NCBI GenBank assembly: GCA_022868165.1
Contig: JALHYA010000004.1
Location: 149,432-210,112, forward strand
Source of the DNA: Patescibacteria group bacterium
GTDB taxonomy: Bacteria > Patescibacteriota > Microgenomatia > UBA8517
Reading direction: 5' to 3'
DNA: 60,681 bases
Part shown: piece after piece, positions 54,419 to 60,681 of the stretch
Layout of the letters: each line of letters starts with the position of its first letter
Position numbering within the stretch: the first letter of the stretch is position 1
Notes under the pieces: generated by a model
What the model was told of the DNA's origin: nothing
Databases searched by the model: none
What the model saw: only the letters and a program-made list of their open reading frames with translations
Position numbers and translations under genes: made by a program

Positions 54419-55603
54419 ATGTTAAAACAAAGTAAAGTTTTCTCCTTCTGGGTGCGGAAAGTAGACAAAGAGACACGGGCTAGGGCAGCGGTTATTTCTA
54501 CTCCTCATGGAGAAATAAAAACGCCGGCCTTCTCTCCGGTTGCAACCAGAGCTTCGGTCCGCGCACTTGACCCTGCGGATTTAAAAAAATGTAAAAGCCA
54601 GGTTGTTTTGGCCAATACCTATCATCTTTATCTAACTCCCGGGATAGAAATTATAAAAAAGTTTGGAGGTCTTGCCCCGTTCATGCAATGGAATGGCCCA
54701 ACAATAACCGATAGCGGGGGGTATCAGGTTTCCTTTTTGTGGGGACAAAATGAAGAAGAAAAAATCGGCAGAGTTGTAAGCATTACGGACAGGGGCGCAC
54801 TTTTCTCTTCGCATATCGACGGCTCTCGACATTTACTCACACCCGAAAAATCGATGGAAATTCAACATATTTTGGGAGCCGATATTATTATGGCTTTCGA
54901 CCAGCCATTGGGAAGGCAATACTCGGATAAGCAAAAAATAGAGGCATTTGAAAGAACTCTTAAATGGGAAGAAAGGTCGTTTGTCGCATGGAAAAAATTG
55001 GGGAACAAACAGGCCTTGTATGGAATTACTCAAGGAGATACGGATAAAAGACTTCGTAGAAAATCTCTGGAGTTTATTCTTCAAACCGGATTTCCGGGAA
55101 TTGCAATGGGAGGAGAATCTATTGGAAAAGATCCCAAAATCACCGCCGATACCTTAGATACGGTTGCCGACTTGTTGCCCGATGATAAACCCCTTCATGC
55201 TTTAGGGCTTGGCGGAGGTCCGGAAGGAATTTTCGTGGGGGTTGCCCGCGGAGTCGATACTTTCGATAATACTTCCATCACAAGATTGGCCAGAAACGGC
55301 TGGCTTTTTATTTATCCCGAAGACGGGGGAAATATAAAAAATAAATTTAGAATTGATTTAAATAAGAGAAAGTTTGCGGAAGATAAAAAATCTATTTCGC
55401 CGTATTGTGATTGTTATACCTGTCAAAATTTTTCGAGAGCATATCTCCATCATCTTTTTAATACAAAAGAGCTTTTGGTTTTTAGATTGGCTTCGATGCA
55501 CAATATATATTTTATTAATACTTTAATGGAACGAATTAGAAAATCTATTATTGCGGGGGAGCTAAAAGATTTGGCAAAAGTCTGGCTTGACAAAAAGTTA
55601 TAG
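54419..55603 (+). CDS. tgt: tRNA-guanine transglycosylase
   Basis: TDSGGYQV, zinc site CDCYTCQNFSRAYLHHL. Confidence 0.92.
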   Translation: MLKQSKVFSFWVRKVDKETRARAAVISTPHGEIKTPAFSPVATRASVRALDPADLKKCKSQVVLANTYHLYLTPGIEIIKKFGGLAPFMQWNGPTITDSGGYQVSFLWGQNEEEKIGRVVSITDRGALFSSHIDGSRHLLTPEKSMEIQHILGADIIMAFDQPLGRQYSDKQKIEAFERTLKWEERSFVAWKKLGNKQALYGITQGDTDKRLRRKSLEFILQTGFPGIAMGGESIGKDPKITADTLDTVADLLPDDKPLHALGLGGGPEGIFVGVARGVDTFDNTSITRLARNGWLFIYPEDGGNIKNKFRIDLNKRKFAEDKKSISPYCDCYTCQNFSRAYLHHLFNTKELLVFRLASMHNIYFINTLMERIRKSIIAGELKDLAKVWLDKKL

Positions 55604-55627
55604 TAGTGTTTATACTTGCGCACGAGC

Positions 55628-56242
55628 ATGGAAGAAACTCAAAACGAACAAGAGCAGACGATTAATCCCGTAACTCCTCTTGCGCCTCCGCCAATGGCTC
55701 CGCAAAAGCCAAAAAGAAATATGGCAGTTCTTATTTTGGGAGCGGTCTTGTTAATTATCATAATTATTGTCGGAATTTTTGTTGTAAGAAGCTCCGGCAC
55801 TCAAAGTACACCAACCCCTACTCCGGAAACACAGGGACTTTCGGCTCCATCGACACCTCTTCCCTCCGAGACACCGATAGATAAAAGTACGGTGACTATT
55901 CAGGTGCAAAACGGAACGGGTATAGGAGGCGAAGCGGCTTATCTTCAGGGAGTATTAAAAAGCATGGATTATTCGGAAATAACCGTTGGCAATGCGGATA
56001 CAACCGACAATTCCGAAACAACCGTTACTTTTTCTTCCACCGTCGATAAAAGTGTGTCAGACGAGATTACTCAAAAACTTACAGGTATTTATAAGGTCGT
56101 AAATACAAGCACTTCAAGTACACAGGCGAAAGATGTGGTTATAGTTACGGGACTTAGAAAAGGACAAACTCCACTTCCTTCAGCAACGCCTACACCAGAA
56201 GCAACGGCTACTCCGACCGAGACCCCCACACCTACTCCGTAA
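55628..56242 (+). CDS. LytR C-terminal domain protein, membrane anchored
   Basis: TM helix, PT linker, VTIQVQNGTGIGGEAAYLQGVLKS (LytR_C pattern). I chose the ATG at 55628 over the TTG at 55616. Confidence 0.7.
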   Translation: MEETQNEQEQTINPVTPLAPPPMAPQKPKRNMAVLILGAVLLIIIIIVGIFVVRSSGTQSTPTPTPETQGLSAPSTPLPSETPIDKSTVTIQVQNGTGIGGEAAYLQGVLKSMDYSEITVGNADTTDNSETTVTFSSTVDKSVSDEITQKLTGIYKVVNTSTSSTQAKDVVIVTGLRKGQTPLPSATPTPEATATPTETPTPTP

Positions 56243-56297
56243 TCCCGATATTCGGTATGACATCCCTTCGGGATGACATATCAGCGTTCAATTCATC

Positions 56298-56324
56298 CCC
56301 TCGACCAAGCTCGAGGGTTTTCTT
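56298..56324 (+). terminator. Rho-independent terminator CCCTCGA-ccaagc-TCGAGGG plus TTTTCTT
   Basis: 7-bp perfect stem followed by a T-rich run. Confidence 0.65.
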
Positions 56325-56347
56325 GAATGCTGTTATAATAAATCTAG

Positions 56348-56809
56348 ATGAATATTCCTGCCTTTCTTTCAGGACAGTTTAATTTTAATTTGGGGAAATT
56401 AAACATTTCCACTTCCTATTTTCAGGCGGGCGCAATAATACTTCTTCTCTTTCTTTTGGTTTTGCTTCTTGCGTCAATGAGAAGGCACTTTATGAGCTGG
56501 TCGTTTAAAGGAGCCCTTTTTGGAATTTTCTGGGGATTTCTTTTGGCACTTATCTTGGAGGGGTTTTTAATTATCGGGGGAAAGACCGCAATAATTGAGT
56601 TATTGGGATGGAAAAATGCCCCGAAGCCAATTTTGACTGCCTTGGATGCCGGAAGAAATAAATTGGTTAATGTGCTTGGAATTACCACAAATATCCCTTC
56701 AAGCCTGGCCGAGGAAAAACCTACACTGGACGATGCTGTAAGTCTATTTCAGAAGTTAAGCCCTTCGGATTCCCAGAAAATCAGAACACTCATTTGTGCT
56801 CCAAAGTAA
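56348..56809 (+). CDS. Hypothetical integral membrane protein
   Basis: 153 aa with 2-3 TM helices. Extended -10 (TGtTATAAT) upstream. Confidence 0.6.
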   Translation: MNIPAFLSGQFNFNLGKLNISTSYFQAGAIILLLFLLVLLLASMRRHFMSWSFKGALFGIFWGFLLALILEGFLIIGGKTAIIELLGWKNAPKPILTALDAGRNKLVNVLGITTNIPSSLAEEKPTLDDAVSLFQKLSPSDSQKIRTLICAPK

Positions 56810-56830
56810 AGTTCGTTAAACTTGTAGTCG

Positions 56831-57916
56831 ATGCACGAAGAAAAATCCCGAATCGAGGAGCTAATTTCCCGTCTCGAGAAGCTTAAAGAGGCCGTCGATT
56901 TGGCTAAAAAGCGAAAAGACGCCCAGATAATGGAGGCAGAAAGTGCCGATCCTGCGCTATGGAATGATCAAGACAAAGCAAGAAAGCTTATGCAGGAGCT
57001 GTACGATGCAAAAAAAGAAATTCAGGAATTTGAGGATTTAACGGAAGATCTCCAGACATTGAAAGGATTAGCACAAGAAGAGGCAATAACCGAAGATTTC
57101 GAAAAAGAGATTGCCAAATCACAAAAGACTTTGGATAAACTGGAGCTTTCGACTCTTCTTTCGGGCGAATATGACAAAAAAAATGCAATAGTTTCGATTC
57201 ATGCCGGGCAAGGCGGGATTGAGGCTATGGATTGGGCCAGCATGTTACTTCGGATGTATTTGAGATTTTGCGAAAGAAGAGGTTGGAAAACGGCTATTTT
57301 GGATTCAACGGCTGGGGAGGAAGCGGGAATAAAAAGCGTAACTTTTAAAGCCGAAGGCGCATATTCTTACGGGTACCTCAAAGGCGAGGCCGGAACACAC
57401 AGGCTGGTGCGCCAGTCTCCTTTTAATGCCGATAATTTAAGGCAAACTTCGTTTGCGCTTGTGGAGGTTTTGCCGGAATTGGAAGAAGTTGATTTGCCGG
57501 ATGTCAAAATCAAAGACGAGGATTTGGACTGGCAGTTTTTCCGTTCGTCTTCGCAAGGCGGACAAAATGTCCAAAAAGTTTCTACCGCCGTAAGGGTTAC
57601 ACACAAACCCACAGGCATTGTGGTCAGCGCTCAATCCGAGCGTTTTCAGGAACAGAACAGAAAAATTGCCATGAATCTTCTTCGTTCCAAGCTTTGGCTA
57701 TTAGAAAAAGAGAGGGCAAAAAGTACCAAAAAGGGATTGAAGGGTAACTATAAACCTGCTTCTTGGGGAAACCAAATCCGTTCATATGTTCTTCACCCCT
57801 ATAAAATGGTCAAAGACCTAAGAACCGAAATCGAAACCTCAAATACCGAGGCTGTACTGGGTGGGGATTTGGACGCATTTATCGAGGCGGAATTGAAACT
57901 TGCCCGTGGGGATTAA
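56831..57916 (+). CDS. prfB: Peptide chain release factor 2 (single uninterrupted ORF)
   Basis: SPF tripeptide (QSPFNA), GGQ motif. The N-terminus aligns through the region where many bacteria have the +1 frameshift site. Confidence 0.95.
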   Translation: MHEEKSRIEELISRLEKLKEAVDLAKKRKDAQIMEAESADPALWNDQDKARKLMQELYDAKKEIQEFEDLTEDLQTLKGLAQEEAITEDFEKEIAKSQKTLDKLELSTLLSGEYDKKNAIVSIHAGQGGIEAMDWASMLLRMYLRFCERRGWKTAILDSTAGEEAGIKSVTFKAEGAYSYGYLKGEAGTHRLVRQSPFNADNLRQTSFALVEVLPELEEVDLPDVKIKDEDLDWQFFRSSSQGGQNVQKVSTAVRVTHKPTGIVVSAQSERFQEQNRKIAMNLLRSKLWLLEKERAKSTKKGLKGNYKPASWGNQIRSYVLHPYKMVKDLRTEIETSNTEAVLGGDLDAFIEAELKLARGD

Positions 57917-57938
57917 GGATGCTATATTGGATTTTGTA

Positions 57939-58424
57939 ATGGAAACAACAACACCGCAAACTCCCGTTCAACAAGTTCAAACTGCTGTGACAAATGCCAC
58001 CCAAACTGTATTAAAACAGCTTCCTTTGAAAGATAGAAAACTTCCGATGTATATAGGAATTGCACTTTTGGTTGTACTTTTGGGAGTCGGGAGCGGATGG
58101 TTTTTATCAAACAGAACCTCGGGAGCTTCGGGTAGTCCTACCAAAAGCGCTCCGGGAGCAAAAACAAGCGCCACGGAGGCGGGAATCGGCGACGAAAAAA
58201 CATTCAAAGATACGGCAACGGGTGACTTGCAAGAAGGCGGAATTAATGGCGAAGGAACCCACCATTTGGTTCGCCCCGGTGGAGACACGCAAAATGTTTA
58301 TTTAACCTCGACGGTTATAGATTTGGGGAGCTTTGTTGGAAAGAAGGTTCAGGTTTGGGGACAAACTATCTCCGCACAGCAGGCAGGCTGGCTAATGGAT
58401 GTAGGAAAGATTAAGGCTATTTAG
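57939..58424 (+). CDS. Hypothetical membrane-anchored protein
   Basis: TM helix and a Ser/Gly-rich linker. I chose the start at METTTPQ, because the track start overlaps the prfB end. Confidence 0.5.
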   Translation: METTTPQTPVQQVQTAVTNATQTVLKQLPLKDRKLPMYIGIALLVVLLGVGSGWFLSNRTSGASGSPTKSAPGAKTSATEAGIGDEKTFKDTATGDLQEGGINGEGTHHLVRPGGDTQNVYLTSTVIDLGSFVGKKVQVWGQTISAQQAGWLMDVGKIKAI

Positions 58425-60172
58425 TTATGCTCCGAAATGAAGTTTAGAGGTTCAAAATAATGAGACTCAACAAATTGTCTCCCTGCTGTTGCCGGAACTA
58501 TATAAATTCTTCCCGATTCGTCTTCTAAATAAGGAGTGACGCTTTCTCCTTGATAGCTAAGTTGTAGATATAGATTTAGTTCCTTTTCCCTTTTAGCGGA
58601 TGCGGGGAACAAGGCAAAATGGAGGTGTGAATCCACTTGTCCTCCGGAGTTTCCCATAGAAGCGATATTCTCGTTTATTCTAACTACTTGTCCTTTGCTA
58701 ACTCCTATTTGGTCAAGATGTGCATATAAACTTAGGACTTTAGCTCCATCAGGAAGGATATGTTCTATAACTATGGTCTTTCCAAGCCCGGGTCTTCCGG
58801 GTATTTCACCGGCAAAAATAACTTTACCGTTGGCGGTAGAGGCAATTATGTGGCCCAAGTCTTCATCTATTAGCCTTCTTGAAGTTTGGAGATTTAAGTC
58901 TATTCCCTCGTGGGCTTCCGGTTCTGTGAAACGGTTTCCGTAAACAATTTCTTCTTGCCCTTGGGAAGAAACTGGAAGTGTAAAGTAGTCGGCGATTTGC
59001 GCAGGGACTTCCTCAAAAAGTGTTTTATAAATATTCCAGAAGCCAGTTCGGCTCTCCCATTCAAAGACCTTTTTGGAATTTCCCCAATAGGAAGAGACGA
59101 GATAGTCCCAATGAAAATCGAAGAATCTTTTGGTCGCTTCTTTTAAATTGCCGGATTCGGTCATAAAAGGCCCGAAAAAATTCTCCTTAAGAGTTTGATT
59201 TTCTCCCATTAAAACTTTTAGAGCCAAAAGAAGTTTTAATTCAGCTATAAACTGCTTCCCCGGGTCTGCCTTGTCAATTTGAATTTCAAAGTGGCCGTTT
59301 ATATTGGAAAACCTTATCTCGGGATATTTATTCATGTATGCAAAAATGACTCCAGCCGTATTTGCGATAAGTTGGGGATTGGGATGACCTTCCTGTGAGT
59401 CGAAATTCTGCCCCACAAGTTCCAAAGAAACCGTTCTTAAGTTCAAATCCTCTCTGGAACTTCGCAGTACGTTAGGTAAATAATTGTAGGTTCGGGAGAG
59501 ACCATAAAAAGGAAAAAGGACCTGCATGCTGTCAATCGGGTGAACGGCATTAATATATGCCTCATGTTCTGGTGCCAAATTGGACCTTAAGTGGGAAGAG
59601 ATAGTGAGAGCCCCTTGTCGGGGTGCTTGAGTTTGGAGTATTGAAATGTGGCTGTCTGGCTCGGAAGAAGCCTCTTGTTCTAGTGAGTAAGGACCTATTG
59701 TGGCATGGGCACTAGTAATGAATTCATAACTTCCGTCTCTCGAGGTTCTTTCCTCGTTATAGCCGTATAGAAGTACGCTGACAGTAGTCTCTTCGGGGTT
59801 TGGATGGGCGCTCCAGTGAACAACGAGGGCGTCGGGGTTTATTATTCTTCTGTTTTCTCTCGACCAATCGGTCTCGGCAAACGGGGCTCTTACTCCATTT
59901 GAAGTCAAATAGCCTTGGGAATTAATGAGAATATTGGGAATTCTACTCAAAACTTCTCTTATCTCTCCGGCAGGAAGCACTTCCGCTGTTAGGCGCGGCC
60001 AAAGATTCTCTCCGGGAGGGTTTTCCCCTTCGTCCGGGATTATACCTTTAGGTATTAATAAGCTTGCGCCCCCTAGTGAGAAAACCTTTAAAAATTCTCT
60101 TCTGGACATTTTTTCTGGCTGATTATCCATTAGTAATTCGAGCATATCATTTATATGAAATTTTATTAACAA
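58421..60172 (-). CDS. Secreted peptidoglycan hydrolase: amidase_2 (PGRP-like) domain plus M23 peptidase domain, Tat-type signal
   Basis: SRREFLKV twin-arginine motif. VVHWSAH ... SLELVG ... NGHFEIQIDKADPG is amidase_2-like. HEGIDL and GNSGGQVDSHLHF are the M23 HxxxD / HxH motifs. The start is probably an internal Met (60130 or 60109). Confidence 0.8.
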   Translation of the reverse strand: MLIKFHINDMLELLMDNQPEKMSRREFLKVFSLGGASLLIPKGIIPDEGENPPGENLWPRLTAEVLPAGEIREVLSRIPNILINSQGYLTSNGVRAPFAETDWSRENRRIINPDALVVHWSAHPNPEETTVSVLLYGYNEERTSRDGSYEFITSAHATIGPYSLEQEASSEPDSHISILQTQAPRQGALTISSHLRSNLAPEHEAYINAVHPIDSMQVLFPFYGLSRTYNYLPNVLRSSREDLNLRTVSLELVGQNFDSQEGHPNPQLIANTAGVIFAYMNKYPEIRFSNINGHFEIQIDKADPGKQFIAELKLLLALKVLMGENQTLKENFFGPFMTESGNLKEATKRFFDFHWDYLVSSYWGNSKKVFEWESRTGFWNIYKTLFEEVPAQIADYFTLPVSSQGQEEIVYGNRFTEPEAHEGIDLNLQTSRRLIDEDLGHIIASTANGKVIFAGEIPGRPGLGKTIVIEHILPDGAKVLSLYAHLDQIGVSKGQVVRINENIASMGNSGGQVDSHLHFALFPASAKREKELNLYLQLSYQGESVTPYLEDESGRIYIVPATAGRQFVESHYFEPLNFISEHN

Positions 60173-60191
60173 ATTTCGAAGTTAAGTACAT

Positions 60192-60254
60192 TGCTGGAGC
60201 AGGGAATATCCTTTGAGAGGATTTTGTTGTCTTGCGACAACCCCTGCTCCAGCA
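60192..60254. other. Perfect 13-bp inverted repeat enclosing two hairpins (three-way-junction-like element) at a GC-content boundary
   Basis: TGCTGGAGCAGGG (60192-60204) / CCCTGCTCCAGCA (60242-60254). Inner hairpins ATCCT-ttgag-AGGAT (60208-60222) and GTTGTC-ttgc-GACAAC (60226-60241). Confidence 0.7.
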
Positions 60255-60275
60255 TGGAACAACCTTGTTGCTCTA

Positions 60276-60681
60276 CTAGGAGCCCGAGCGCTGCTTCTCA
60301 TCCATGCGCTTGTAGTGTTCAAGCATCGACTCGTCGATTTCCATCTTGATCCCGAGAGCCGTCACATACTTGACAAGCTTCCCGGTAAGCCTCCTTTGAG
60401 GCTCCTGCTGATGCCTTCTTGAGGATGTTCCGGGTGGACGCTGGTCGGTGGAAGCAGCCAATGCGGCCAGCTTTCCCTGGAAGTCGTCCTCCTCAGAAGG
60501 CGCAGAGACGCCCGCTTCACGGTCGGCTTCAGTGAGCCGGTTGCTCACCTTGAACTGGTGCTGCCTCAGGGGAGTTTCCACGCCCTTAAGGTAGGTATCC
60601 AGTTCGTCAAACCGTGCTTCGGACCAGAGATTCAGAGCTTCCTTTTCGAAGTTTGCGACGGTTCTTTCCCAGTCGGGCGAT
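60276..60681 (-). CDS. Hypothetical protein, GC-rich, 5' end beyond window
   Basis: The frame is open from the window edge (SPDWERTVANFEKEAL...) to the stop at 60276. GC about 57% by hand count. No domain recognised. Confidence 0.5.
   Translation of the reverse strand, partial: SPDWERTVANFEKEALNLWSEARFDELDTYLKGVETPLRQHQFKVSNRLTEADREAGVSAPSEEDDFQGKLAALAASTDQRPPGTSSRRHQQEPQRRLTGKLVKYVTALGIKMEIDESMLEHYKRMDEKQRSGS

Noticed and set aside
195-60000. Numerous 60-130-aa ORFs antisense to or nested in long conserved genes (for example 571-972, 12316-12729, 41461-41850, 52766-53113, 54008-54334)
   Set aside because: They lie within genes that have strong family signatures on the other strand or frame. 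They lack RBSs and have low-complexity translations typical of shadow ORFs.

Overview
This is a gene-dense window of 60.7 kb with GC in the low 40s percent (hand estimate). Short intergenic gaps and many 4-nt start/stop overlaps suggest long operons.

**Content.** Most genes are bacterial housekeeping:
- RNA and translation: rny, miaA, cca, tgt, prfB, greA, dtd, and the aaRS genes aspS, gltX, class-I lysS and serS.
- Secretion: secD, secF, secA.
- DNA: hup, recJ, rarA, comM.
- Stress and proteolysis: rel, lon.
- Envelope: D-Ala-D-Ala carboxypeptidase, L,D-transpeptidase, a VanW-like protein, dgkA, a PAP2 phosphatase, and an amidase+M23 hydrolase.

**Lineage.** Several traits together suggest a Candidate Phyla Radiation / Patescibacteria-type genome. 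They are the class-I LysRS, archaeal-type AspRS, a GH57 enzyme, DUF5667/DUF5679/DUF4446 proteins, a compact RNase P RNA and a pilin-like gene. This is inference only.

**RNA genes.** I found tRNA-Gln(CUG), tRNA-Glu(CUC) and a minus-strand RNase P RNA that the ORF track mis-reads as a 67-aa ORF. I recognised no rRNA, CRISPR array, transposase, integrase or reverse transcriptase.

**Most unusual features.**
1. An accessory island starts right after tRNA-Gln (about 26.6-35.9 kb). Its spacers hold a mosaic family of short hairpin-forming repeat modules seen nowhere else in the window. It also carries a GIY-YIG nuclease gene, glycogen genes, and a frameshifted MazG-like gene.
2. Three small or partial ORFs with GC above the local background, two of them clearly GC-rich, sit in their own apparent transcription units (8.2 kb, 39.7 kb, and 60.2 kb to the window end). 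A perfect 13-bp stem enclosing two hairpins marks the last composition boundary.
3. A HlyD / ABC ATPase / FtsX operon ends in a Cys-rich, Pro/Thr-rich pilin-like gene.
4. Several candidate regulatory elements: a CIRCE-like palindrome on the lon promoter, terminator-like leaders before greA and the VanW-like gene, and near-leaderless promoter geometries.

All family calls come from motif recognition by eye. No database search was run.
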